A stretch of 64,000 nucleotides of DNA from contig CAWKHF010000006.1 in assembly GCA_963849325.1 (NCBI GenBank), positions 576,001 through 640,000 on the forward strand, read 5' to 3'. Positions 34,101-44,738 of this stretch are shown here, one piece after another. The position numbers and the translations under genes were made by a program. Positions within the stretch are counted from its first letter, which is position 1; the number at the start of each line of letters is the position of its first letter. The notes under the pieces are model-generated. The model was not told the origin of the DNA. It made no database searches and worked only from the letters and a program-made list of their open reading frames with translations. The DNA comes from an uncultured Planctomycetota bacterium (GTDB lineage: Bacteria > Planctomycetota > Planctomycetia > Gemmatales > Gemmataceae).

Positions 34101-34986
34101 TTTGCGGATTGTAGCCGCCCGAGGCGGTGCCCGGCGAGGTCTGCCCGTCGCCCCAGTCGATCTGGATGGTGTAATCGCTGGCAGGGGCTTCGGGGTTGTC
34201 ATCCGCGAAGAGGCCGACCGGACCGCTAAAGGGCACGCCGGCGGACATGGGGATAGTCTCGGAGTCGCTCGAATGCAAGGCGGCGTCGCTAACGACGGCG
34301 GTATCCGAGGCAGTAAGGGGGCCGCTTGGCCCGCTGACGCTGATGGAGATGGGATAGGTGCCCTCGTCGTCATAGGTCATGCTGCCATACACATAAATGG
34401 TAGTGGCGGTAACGGTGGGGTATTCGGTCGTGGTTTGGCCGTTGCCCCAATCGACGGTGGCGGTGTCCTGATCATTGGGGTTACCGTCGGGGTTGGAGAA
34501 AGTGGCCAGCGTCACGCCATAATTTTCGGCTCCTTCGACGAAGTTGAGGGTGGACGACGGGTCGTCGGCCGGCGTCATGCTGGTGCTGGCCGATTTGGTC
34601 GCCGGGGACCGGAGATGTCCTGGGACGGCCGCCGCATTCGAGGCGATCTTCGGCTCCGCCGTAGGGGTTAATGCTTCCCCGATGGCGGCCGTTTGCATCG
34701 GACTCGCGTAAACACTCTGGACAGCCGGGGTGGAGAGTGGATGGACCGGGCTGCCGGATTCATGGACGTTGTAAGCTTGCTCGGCGAAGGGAGTCGCGGA
34801 GGGCACCAACCTCGCTTCCAGGAACTCGATTTCGAGGAAGACGCGGCGGCGCCGGCGGGGCGACAGGAAGACGCGGCGCGAGAGGATGCGCGAGTCTTTG
34901 AGCCAGTAGCGCCAGGCTGCCCAGGCGTTGGCGAGCCAGTCAGACGGACGAAGATGGACGCGGAGCGAACGCTTCCAGCGCATCAT
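28158..34986 (-). CDS. Full-length Rhs/YD-repeat protein (~2270 aa; 1-nt frameshift near 29004)
   Basis: LEIEFLEARLVPS motif, two PKD-like (DWGNG/DWGDG) domains, (TP)n linker, CNCGC, long YD core, WENNRPMDMVDSTGL boundary, 142-aa polyproline-rich tip. Confidence 0.88.
33908..33975 (-). repeat. Thr-Pro coding tandem repeat (linker)
   Basis: [23 protein letters not shown] in the Rhs translation. Confidence 0.85.
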
Positions 34987-35062
34987 CGGTGCGGTCCTCG
35001 CGGGTGAGAGATCCCCTCGGGTCACCGGTCTCGAAGTAATGAGGAAAGACTAACGAAGAAGT

Positions 35063-35091
35063 AAGGTAATCGCAGCTGGCGAGCGAGTCAA
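35063..35091 (-). promoter_or_regulatory. Putative sigma70 promoter of the Rhs gene
   Basis: TTGACT-17 bp-TACCTT on minus strand about 80 bp upstream of the ATG. Confidence 0.45.
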
Positions 35092-35168
35092 GGAAAAGTT
35101 GCTCATTTGACATTATATTTTTTGCACCGAGTGGTCAGGCGGTCTTCGGTTGCTGTCTCGCCGCGGTG

Positions 35169-38100
35169 TTAGTTGGAATCCGGGATCGAATTTTCCGATT
35201 TGGGAGTGGTTATATCGTCTTTCCCGCGCGGCGAGGAGGGGACGCGGAGAGCGGCGACATCGGCGCCATAGTCTTTCACCTTCTCGGTAGGCCGGAACGT
35301 CGTCGGCAGCAGTTGCGCGATGGGCATATCGGTGGCGGGCGGGTTGAGCAGCCTGGCGTTGTACAGGCTGTCCGTCTCGCGGCTGTAGTCCTTCCACTCC
35401 TTCAGACTGAACGGCGGCGGCATCTTCATCATGACGCCGATCGATTGCCGTTCGACCAGCGTATTGAAGCCGCCGTAAGCGTTGGTCCCGCCGCTCCAGT
35501 CGAGTTTGCCCATCAGGCCGCGTTCCTCGCCCTCCGGCGCTTCGAGATGGATCAGCGCGCCGTCGCCGGAGACGGGCAGAAACAGACAGTCCTCTGGCCG
35601 GCACTGAACCTGCGCCAAGCTCTTGAGGTCCTTGCCGGCCCGCACGTGGATGAGGTTCCCTCCCAGGTACGTCGTGACCTTCTTGAGCTGGAGGAAGAGG
35701 GGGGCCGCCGGCGCCGGCATGTCCTTGCTGCCCTCGACGTGGAGCAGCGAGCCGGTCAGGGCGGTCAGGCTGTTGCGAATGGTAACTTCGGCGGGTTGGC
35801 CGCCCTGCGACCAGAACCAGGTCGCCCTGGCCGCGGACGAAACTGTTCTCCAGGACCAAACGCGGTTTCTGCTCCGCCGGCGTGTCGCTCTTCTTCATCA
35901 GCTTTCCCGGTTCGTTCAGCACCGCCACGGCCAGGACCGCTTTTTTGCCCGAACGGTCCAGCGTGATGACACAGCCGCTCAGCACGCATTCGCCGTCACC
36001 CAGGAACGATACGACCGCTTGCGCGTCGAAATCGTCGCGGGCCGGTTGCAGGCGCAGTTGCAGACCTTCCAGTCGGAGTTTGCCGTTGTAGACGCGGAAC
36101 AGGGCCGCCTCGGCCTCTTGCGTGTCGCCCAGCGTCAGCACCGGATGGAAACCCTTGTCGGCGGCAATCGTCAGGTCCGTCAGCCGCGAACCGTCCAGGG
36201 CGAGCGGGTCGAGTTTCACGTCGCCATCGAGACGAAGCCGGATGACGTCGCCGGGCTGGGCGTCGAGGAGAGCGTGACCCAGCGTGGGATACAGATGATT
36301 TTCCCGATCCGATTTCTCTCTTTCGACCACCAGCGGACGTCGCTCGGACGGCGTGGGACCGTCCTTCAGGGGCGGCAGGTTGTCCAGGTAGGAGAAGGCC
36401 AGCACCTGCTCGGCGCCGACGAGCCGGCCGTTGCTCTTGTCCTTGACAGACAGGCGCAACTCGGGCAGCAGGGGGTTGACCTGGAAGGCGGCCTGGATCG
36501 CCAACTGCTCCAACTGCTTGAGCGGCTGGGGGTCTTTCCAGGGAGAAGTCTCCAGCTCGCGCAGCTCGTCGTCGGACTGGATCTGGTCGAGCAGGCTCTG
36601 CCTCGTCTCCTCGGCAGCGCCGGCGACGTAACGATCGAGTTGGTGGTAGCGGTTGTCGCGGCCCTTGTAGCTGACGCGGCCCGGAGCGGACGTCTGCCGG
36701 ACCAGGACCGCGCCCTTATCCTCGGGCATGCCAGCCATGCCCGGCTCGCCGGGGTGCGAAAACAGCGAGGCATTCGCTTCGATGCGGGCATCGGCGCCGT
36801 CGGCCACGTCGAACACCGCCGACTGGTTGGCCGTCAGGATCGAACAGTGGTGGAGCACCACGGCGCCCTCGTTGTCGGGCGCGTGTCCTTCCAGGCGGAA
36901 GGTGGCGGCGTGCGGGCCGAAGACGCAGTTGGACGCCTCCAGGCGAACCGGGCCGCGGCGCCGCACGGCGTCCTGCCCGCCCGAGGCCGCCCCGCTGAAC
37001 ACCACTTCCGCCGGCCCGCTGTCCGCGGTAGCCAATGATGCGAAACCCAGGAAGCACGATTCGCTCAGCGTCAGCGTGGCGAACTCCCGCGCCTCGATGA
37101 ACACCGAGGCCAGGCGATTTTTGTCGCTGCGAGCCGGATCGGCCTGGAGGAACTCGCAGCCGTGGACCTTCGCCAGTCGAGTGCCGCGCAAGTGCAGGGC
37201 AGCCATCGACACGCCGGCGCCGTTCTGATCCAGCACGAAGCGGAGGTTTTCCACCGTGCAGTCCTTGCTGTCGATCGTCAGCGCCGCCTGCAGCGCCGGG
37301 GACGTCCGAGCATGGTAGCCGTAGCGGATGGTGGTTGGCCGTTTGTGAGCATCGCGGGCCCGGATGGTCACGATGGGGTTGGTGACGATCAACTCCGGTT
37401 CGCCGTCGTCGCGGCCGAGAAGGATGAGGTCGTCGGCCAACTCGATCCGGATCTCGCGGTCCTGCTTGTGCATTTGCAAGAACTTGGCCAGCTCCGTCGC
37501 CGTCGGCTTGTCGCTTCGGTAAACAGGGGTGCTCGTCTCCGGCCGGGGCGGTGTCGAGGGCGGCGTCGAGGTGAAGTCCTTCAACAACGGTGTCGGCGCG
37601 GTCGCCACCGGCGAGCCGGAAGTGTTGTCATTGGCCTTGTGGTTGCTGGGAGTCTGGACCGCAGGGTTCGGCGAGGGCTCGGGTTTCGAGGCCGACAAGG
37701 CGTCGATGAGGAAGATGAGTCCGACCACGGCGACGGCGGCCAGGGCGGCCAGTACCAGCGGCCGACCGGCCGGCGGATTGGGGAGGGCCGCCTCCACCGC
37801 CAAAACGCCCTCCGGCGCCTCCGCCGAGGCGCCCAGCTTCCGCGCCGCCAGGTACAAATGGTGGACGAGCTGCTCGGGCGTCTGGTAGCGATCCCGGGGC
37901 TGCTTGGCGATCATGCGGTCAAGAATAACGGCCGCCTCGTCGGGCAGGTCGGGTACGAACTGGCGCGGATCGGGTGGCTTGACGTGCTGATGGTGGTGCA
38001 GTTTCTTGGCCGCCGTTCCTTCCGGCACGGGCGGTTGCCCGGTCAGCATGTGGTAGAAGGTGCAGCCCAGCGAGTAGATGTCGCTGCGCACGTCGGCGTC

Positions 38101-38838
38101 GCGCGGCTCCAACGCCTGCTCCGGCGAGATGTAGTCGAAGGTGCCCAGCGTCACGCCCGACTGGGTCAGGCCCATGTCCTGTTGCGGTCCCAGGCTGCGA
38201 GCCAGGCCCATATCGACGAGCTTGGCTCGGCCGTTGGGCGTGATGATGATGTTGGACGGCTTGATGTCGCGGTGGACGACGCCGCGGCCGGCCGCGTGCG
38301 CCAGCCCGGCCGCCACCTGCAGCATGTAGTTGAGCGCCTCGCTGACCGGCAGTCGGCCGCGCCGCTCCAGCAGGACACGCAGGTTGTCGCCCTCGACAAA
38401 CTCGAAGGCGATGAAGTGCAGCCGCTGGTCCTCGCCGCAGAAGAACACGCGAGCAATGTTCTCGTGATCGAGCCGGGCGGCGCTGCGGGCCTCCTGATGA
38501 AAGCGGCGGACGTTCTCGGGGTCGGCCGCCATCTCCGGCGGCAGGATCTTCAGGGCCACCTGCCGGTCCAGTTGCGTGTCGCGGGCGCGCAGCACCGCCG
38601 CCATGCCGCCGACGCCGATCGGCTCGATCAGCTCGAAGTGGGCCAACCGCCGGCCGCGCAGACTGCCGGAAAAGTTCTCGTCCGATTTGGGTGGCAAGCG
38701 AGGCTGCGGCGTCCGCGAGATCACCGTCGGCGAATCGTCGGTCGGTTCGATGGAGCCGTCCAGCAGGTTGACGGCCTCGTCGTCGGGGGGCGGAGGAGGA
38801 ACTGCTTTCCGAGGCGGATCGCCGAGAGGATCGGACAT
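35169..38838 (-). CDS. Membrane Ser/Thr protein kinase with large beta-helix-like extracellular region (frameshift near 35780)
   Basis: GVGGMAAV, VALK, HRDIKPSN, DMGLA and SDIYSLG motifs; TM helix; C-terminus continues in ORF 35169-35720. Confidence 0.88.
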
Positions 38839-39258
38839 GACATCGCTACGGGACAATCCCGCCTCTCTGGAGTGATGCGATCCGGGCTCCGGATTGCTCT
38901 TGGGTCCACACGCGGGAAGCTGTCGAGCCTCGGGGCGAGCCGTGGATTAATCGCGAGTCGCCTATCGCCGCCAACGGAGAGATGAACGGTTCCTTCCGTG
39001 GTTCGTTGGCTGCGGCGCTGCAACCCCACGATAGAGCCTGTTTCGACTATAACCTGTGGCAAGGGAGGCTGTCAATTGAGCAGTTCAGGCGAACGAGGCA
39101 AACGAAGGGCGATGCGGGCGAACGGACTCTGCAGCCGAAAGGAGAGGAGCGGCAAAGAGGTCTTCCTTTTTCGTTGCGTCTCAATCCACGGGCTGTTACA
39201 AGAGGAAGAATTCCGGAGAAAGAGTCCTCCTTTGCGCATCCGTTGACAGAATGCCTCC

Positions 39259-39849
39259 TTGGGAGGTTTCACGGAAACGTCCGCCAGCTTGCTGGAGCGC
39301 CTCCGCACGTCGCCCGACGAAGCGGCCTGGCGGCGTCTCGACGACCTCTACCAGCCGCTCATCCGCCGCTGGCTGCTCCGCGACCCCTCCCTTCGCGAAG
39401 AGGCCGACGACATCGTTCAGGAAGTCATGAGTGTCCTCGTCCGTGAATTACCCGGTTTCCGACGACAGCGTAACGGCTCCTTCCGCCGCTGGCTCCGCAC
39501 CATCACCGCCCACCGTTTGGCCGCCCTCTACCGTTCGCGGAAGAACCGGCCCGTGGCGCTGGGATGTCCGCCGGAGGAGTCCCCACTGACGCAGCTGGCC
39601 GACCCCAACAGCGAGTTGAGCCGCCAATGGGACCGCGAGCACGATCATTATGTTTTGTCCCGCCTCCTGGAGCTGATCGCGCCTTTGTTCGAGCCGACCA
39701 CGTTGGCCGCCTTCCGGCGCATGGCCCTCGATGGCATCGCCCCGGCGCAGGCGGCGGAGGAGCTGGGTCTGTCGCTCAACGCCGTTCTGATCGCCAAGTC
39801 CCGCGTCCTCAGCAAGCTGCGTCAGGAAGCCAAGGGATTGATCGACTGA
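39259..39849 (+). CDS. ECF RNA polymerase sigma-70 factor
   Basis: TSASLLERL, ADDIVQEV, SFRRWLRTIT, region-4 HTH (AAEELGLSLNAV..AKSRV). Confidence 0.92.
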   Translation: MGGFTETSASLLERLRTSPDEAAWRRLDDLYQPLIRRWLLRDPSLREEADDIVQEVMSVLVRELPGFRRQRNGSFRRWLRTITAHRLAALYRSRKNRPVALGCPPEESPLTQLADPNSELSRQWDREHDHYVLSRLLELIAPLFEPTTLAAFRRMALDGIAPAQAAEELGLSLNAVLIAKSRVLSKLRQEAKGLID

Positions 39850-39972
39850 CCGCGCATTTTTCTGAAAGGTTTGGCCGTCGGGCGCACTCCTTGAACCGAG
39901 CGAAGGGACGCCTGCAACTGAGCGAGAAGGGACCGGGCTGTCGTTGACGCATCCTCCCCGAAGGAGCTGACC

Positions 39973-42297
39973 ATGCCGGAAGCCATGATTCATCCGACGC
40001 CCCAGGAGTTGACGGCCTTCGGACTGGGCAAGCTGCCCGAGCGTGCCGCCGCCGTCGTCGCCGCCCACCTGGGAGTCTGCCCCGACTGCCGCCAGGCTGT
40101 CGCCGGCGTTCTGCCCGACTCCTTCCTCGACAAGGTCCGGGACGCCAGCCCCGGCGGCTCCTCCTTCCCGCCTAACCCGCCACGACCGGACAACGCTCCC
40201 AGCAGTGCGGGCCGGCCAGCGACGCCGGCCGCCCCCTTGTGTCCGAACCTCCCGCCGGAGTTGGCCAACCATCCGAAGTACCAAATCCTGCGCGAGCTGG
40301 GCCACGGCGGCATGGGCGTCGTCTACCAGGCGCGGCAGATCGGCATGATGGTCCGGCCGGTCGTCATCAAGGTCGTCAGCCGCGCCCTGCTGGACAACCC
40401 CGACGCGCTGGAACGCTTCCTCCGCGAAGTGCAGGCGGCGGCGCAACTGTCGCATCCCAACATCGTCACCGCCTATGACGCCGAGCAGGCCGGCGAGTTG
40501 CGCATGCTGGTCATGGAATTCGTGCCCGGCCAGAACCTGGCCGAAGTGCTGCAAAAGAAAGGCCCGCTGCCGGTGGCGACCGCTTGTCAGTATGCGCGTC
40601 AGGCGGCGTGGGCCTTGCAGCACGCCTACGAGCGCGGCATGGTCCACCGCGACATCAAGCCGCAGAACCTGATGTTGACGCCCAAGGGTCAGGTCAAGGT
40701 GCTCGACTTCGGCCTGGCCAAGGTGGTCAGCGAGCAGGGCGCGGGCAGGGGGCTGACGTCGTCCAACTCGTACATGGGCACGCCGGAGTACAGCGCTCCG
40801 GAGCAGGCCACTGATGCTCGCACGGCCGACATCCGCGCCGATTTGTACAGTCTGGGCTGTACCTTGTACTGTCTGCTGGCCGGTCGTCCGCCGTTCCGCG
40901 AAGACACGGCGATCAAGACCATCCTGGCCCATCTTGAGAAGCAGCCGCAACCGCTGGCGGAGTTACGGTCGGACGTGCCGGAGCGTCTGTGGGCAGTGGT
41001 GTCGCGGCTGCTGGCCAAGGAGCCGGGACAGCGTTATCAGAAGCCGCTGGAGGTGGTGCAGGCGTTGACGCCGTTCGTCAAGTCGGGGGCGAAGCCGGAG
41101 GCGAAGAGCGGTTCGGCGCCGGTCGTGAGGTCGCCGGGTACGGGGACGATGCTGGCGGCGGACACCGGCCAGATCCAGAGGATCTTGCGGGAAGTCCCCG
41201 GCAAGACGCCGGCCAAGGAAGTGCCAGCGAAGGACGAGGCTTCGCCCTTCGCCGACTTGAGGGACGCCGGCGTTACCTCGCCGGAAGTGAGGCGAGCGAG
41301 CAAGGTAGCGAACCAGGTGCCGACGCGGTGGTCTCGGTGTTGGCCGATGCTGGCTGGTGGGGGCGTATTGCTGCTTGCGTTGCTGGGAATGTGGGCGGTC
41401 GGCGGGTTCAAGGGGAAGGGGAAGACGGCCGACGGCGAGGCGCTCAAGGAATCCTCAAAAGAGAAGCCAGACCATTTGCCGAACTCGATCACCAACTCGA
41501 TAGGTATGAAGCTTGTACTCGTCCAGCCAGGCACCTTCCTCATGGGTTCACCCGTCAGCGAGGCGTGGCGCAGCGACGATGAATCCCAGCATGAAGTCGA
41601 GATCACCCGATCTTTCTACGTGGGCGTCTATGAGGTGACGCAGGAGCAGTATGAGCGCATCATGGGCCAGAACCCGAGTTGGTTCTCGTCCACGGGCAGC
41701 GGCAAGGACAAGGTGAAGGGCATGGACACGCGCTCGTTCCCGGTGGAGAACGTTACGTGGAACGAAGCCGTCGAATTCTGCCGCCGCCTCTCGGAACGGC
41801 CCGACGAAAAGGAAAAGGAACGTCTGTATCGCTTGCCGACCGAGGCGGAATGGGAATACATTTGCCGCGGCGGGCCTTTTTTCAAGAAACCTTCACCGCC
41901 TTTCTCTTTCGGCAACTCCCTCTCTGACACACAAGCCAACTTTGACGGGAACTACCCTTATGGCGGCGCGGCCAACGGTGTCTACCTGGAGCGCCCTACG
42001 AAAGTCAGCTCCTATCCTCCCAATTCTCTCGGGTTGCACGATCTCCACGGCAACGTCTGGGAATGGTGTACCGATTGGTACGACAGGGAATACTATAAAC
42101 ACAGCCCTCGGCAAGACCCACAAGGACCGGCAAAGAGCGGGCGCCGTGTTTTGCGCGGCGGTTTCTGGGGCGGGATCGGCAGGCACTGTCGCTCCGCCTT
42201 CCACCTCTACTATGAGCCCGGCGATAGCGGCTTCGACGTAGGTTTTCGCGTTGTGTTGGTTTCCGGCGCGAGGACTTATAGTGGCTCAAAAGAATGA
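39973..42297 (+). CDS. Ser/Thr kinase with N-terminal HxxxCxxC anti-sigma-like finger and C-terminal FGE-sulfatase (CLec-fold) domain
   Basis: HLGVCPDC; HRDIKPQN, DFGLAK; RLPTEAEWEY, LHDLHGNVWEW, RVLRGG...GFRVV. Confidence 0.92.
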   Translation: MPEAMIHPTPQELTAFGLGKLPERAAAVVAAHLGVCPDCRQAVAGVLPDSFLDKVRDASPGGSSFPPNPPRPDNAPSSAGRPATPAAPLCPNLPPELANHPKYQILRELGHGGMGVVYQARQIGMMVRPVVIKVVSRALLDNPDALERFLREVQAAAQLSHPNIVTAYDAEQAGELRMLVMEFVPGQNLAEVLQKKGPLPVATACQYARQAAWALQHAYERGMVHRDIKPQNLMLTPKGQVKVLDFGLAKVVSEQGAGRGLTSSNSYMGTPEYSAPEQATDARTADIRADLYSLGCTLYCLLAGRPPFREDTAIKTILAHLEKQPQPLAELRSDVPERLWAVVSRLLAKEPGQRYQKPLEVVQALTPFVKSGAKPEAKSGSAPVVRSPGTGTMLAADTGQIQRILREVPGKTPAKEVPAKDEASPFADLRDAGVTSPEVRRASKVANQVPTRWSRCWPMLAGGGVLLLALLGMWAVGGFKGKGKTADGEALKESSKEKPDHLPNSITNSIGMKLVLVQPGTFLMGSPVSEAWRSDDESQHEVEITRSFYVGVYEVTQEQYERIMGQNPSWFSSTGSGKDKVKGMDTRSFPVENVTWNEAVEFCRRLSERPDEKEKERLYRLPTEAEWEYICRGGPFFKKPSPPFSFGNSLSDTQANFDGNYPYGGAANGVYLERPTKVSSYPPNSLGLHDLHGNVWEWCTDWYDREYYKHSPRQDPQGPAKSGRRVLRGGFWGGIGRHCRSAFHLYYEPGDSGFDVGFRVVLVSGARTYSGSKE

Positions 42298-42423
42298 ACC
42301 ACAGATGAACACGGATGAACACGGATAAAAGACAAAAAGAGAGAAAGAGACCGGAAGGGAGCATTCTTCACTATCGCTTTTCTTTTTGTTTCGATCCGTG
42401 TTCATCTGTGTTCATCTGTGGTT
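42297..42423. repeat. Inverted repeat with internal 10-nt tandem units
   Basis: aaccacagatgaacacggatgaacacggat ... atccgtgttcatctgtgttcatctgtggtt. Confidence 0.85.
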
Positions 42424-42568
42424 AGTTATTTTACAGGTTATCAGCGCCAAGGACGTGCGCGAGCCGTGCGGCCAGCCCGGACGAAGTGCGCCGGCTGTGG
42501 TCGCCGACAGCCTCGTGAGTCTGCCGCAAGGAGATAGTGAGTCGAGACGTGAATGAGGATCGAACGCC

Positions 42569-42775
42569 ATGACCTTATCCGTCGAGCGGATCTGCAACGA
42601 GCTGAACCGCAAAGGATTACTGCCCCCTCCGGAGATTCGCAATCTGCGGCAACGCTGGCTGCGCGAGGCCGGCACGTCCGCCGGCGATGCCGTCCTGTTC
42701 GGCAAGTGGCTGGCCCATCACGGCCATGTCACCGACTACCAAGCGGACGTGTTGCTCCGCTACCGCGATGATCCC
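42569..42775 (+). pseudogene. 5' fragment of the kinase gene at 47793 (copy 1)
   Basis: MTLSVERICNELNRKGLLPP...DYQADVLLR, then breaks off. Confidence 0.8.
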
Positions 42776-42804
42776 GGCGCCTCGCGTGCGGTCACCTGGC
42801 ACTT

Positions 42805-43651
42805 TCACGACAAAAGGGCTTCGCGGAATGCCTGGAGGTCGGGACACTTGGCCGCGACTCCGTTTAAGTGTTTTAACTTCCTCACGTCGAGGATTTCGCG
42901 GAGGAGCCGGGTTATGTCTCGCGGCATGGTGCCGAAGCGGGCCTTCAGAGCTTCCTGGATGGCCTCGTGTAGATTTTCCGCGATCATCTTCTGGAGCAGC
43001 GGAGATTCGAACATGGATTCTTTTCCTCCAAGCAATCTCAACAACTCGGGATCCGGGAAGCGGAGTCCCATCAGCACCTGCGACACCGCCAGCAAATCGG
43101 CGCGATCTTTCGGATGGGCCTCGCGTTCGATCTTGTCGGCGCAGGCGCTCCAGCAGCGACTCCGGCGGGCCGTCGAAGTGCATCAGCGGCACCCAGGGCG
43201 TCACGCCAACGTCGCCCTGGGCTAGGAACTCCGCCGCGGACAGAGTCCACAATTCGACCGGCTTCCACTCGGCTTCCAGCCGCGACAGCCCCAGCTTGCT
43301 CCGCACGGCATGGCGGCCACTGATGCGAAAGCGGCCCTTGGGTCGCAGAACCAGCATCAGCAGTTCCGGCAAGTGGCCCAGCGTCTGGTACGACAACGTC
43401 AAATCGTCCAGCGCTTGCCGCAAAGCGCGTTTCTCCGAGTAGGTGGCGATCTCGATGAGGACGTAATGCGGCTTGTGTTGGCCGGCGAGATGCACACGCA
43501 GGAGTCCGTCGGGATACTTGCGGTTCTGCACGATCTCGCCGGGCATTAGCTCGATGCGGCGCACGTCCTTGAAGCCGCCGACGAGGAGGGCGCCTTTGCC
43601 CTGATGGTGCAGCAGCCACTTGCTGCCGATGTCAAAACGCTGCGGCGGCAT
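42805..43651 (-). CDS. Rpn-like PD-(D/E)xK protein, family B copy 1 (1-nt frameshift near 43143)
   Basis: FDIGSKWLL, YPDGLL...LIEIATY; helical tail ARFG.MPRD; extra G relative to copy 2. Confidence 0.75.
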
Positions 43652-43751
43652 GGCAAACCTCCGTGTCTCTGCTTGATTAGACCGCCGGAGCGCGAGGAAG
43701 TCGAGAGCGTTTGCCAGGCATAGGCAAGAGAGCTAATAAGTATAAAGGAGA

Positions 43752-44684
43752 GTGTCCTTGCCCACCGATTACGACAGCCCGTGGAAGGAAGCGCTGGACG
43801 CTTACTTCGAGCCGTTCCTGGCGCTGTTGTTTCCGCAGGTACACCGGCAAGTCGATTGGTCGCGCGGCTACGAGTCGCTGGACAAGGAGTTCCAGCAAGT
43901 GGTGCGCGAGGCCGAGGTCGGCCGCCGTTACGTCGATAAGCTGGTCAAGGTGTGGACGAAGGAGGGCGTCGAGTGCTGGGTGCTGATCCACGTCGAAGTG
44001 CAGACGACGCGCGATGCCGAGTTTCCGCGACGCATGTACGTCTACAATTATCGCGTCTTCGACAGGTACAATAGGGCCGTGGCCAGCTTGGCCGTGTTGG
44101 CCGACGACGATACCGACTGGCGGCCGACGGATTTTTCCAGCAACCTATTCGGCTGCGAGGCCGGTATTCGCTTCCCGGCAGTGAAGCTGTTGGACCTCGC
44201 GGCTCACGAGGCCGTGCTGGAGGCGAGCAGCAATCCGTTCGCCCAAGTGGTGCTGGCCCATCTGAAGGCGCGGGAGACGCATGGCGATCCCGCCAGCCGG
44301 TGCGACTGGAAGATCCGCTTGGTGCGCAACCTGCTTGAGCGCGGCTTCACCCCGAAGGACGTGCGCGAGCTGTTCCGAGTCATTGACTGGCTCATGGAAT
44401 TGCCGCCGGCGCTGGAGCAGATTTTCTGGCAAGATATGGACAAGATCCAAAAGGAGAAACACATGCCATACGTCACAAGTATTGAGCGCGTCGAGCGCCG
44501 AATGGGAATGCGCGAGGGCATCGAAGGGCTGTTGCAGCTGCGCTTCGGCGAGGAAGGGCTTAAATTGATGCCCGAAATCAACGAGATTCACGAAGAAGAG
44601 ACCCTACGGGCAATCATCAAAGCCCTCGCCACAGCGGCTACTCTCGACGAAGTGCGTCGGCTGTGGTCGCCGGGAACTCCTTGA
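43752..44684 (+). CDS. Rpn-like PD-(D/E)xK protein, family A copy 1
   Basis: DYDSPWKEAL, VDKLVKV, LIHVEVQ, RMYVYNYR, NPFA, MPYVTSIER motifs. Confidence 0.82.
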   Translation: MSLPTDYDSPWKEALDAYFEPFLALLFPQVHRQVDWSRGYESLDKEFQQVVREAEVGRRYVDKLVKVWTKEGVECWVLIHVEVQTTRDAEFPRRMYVYNYRVFDRYNRAVASLAVLADDDTDWRPTDFSSNLFGCEAGIRFPAVKLLDLAAHEAVLEASSNPFAQVVLAHLKARETHGDPASRCDWKIRLVRNLLERGFTPKDVRELFRVIDWLMELPPALEQIFWQDMDKIQKEKHMPYVTSIERVERRMGMREGIEGLLQLRFGEEGLKLMPEINEIHEEETLRAIIKALATAATLDEVRRLWSPGTP

Positions 44685-44738
44685 GCCGGCTGCTGGAATC
44701 CGACGATGACATTCTTGGCAGCGCGAAAGGAGAGCGCC

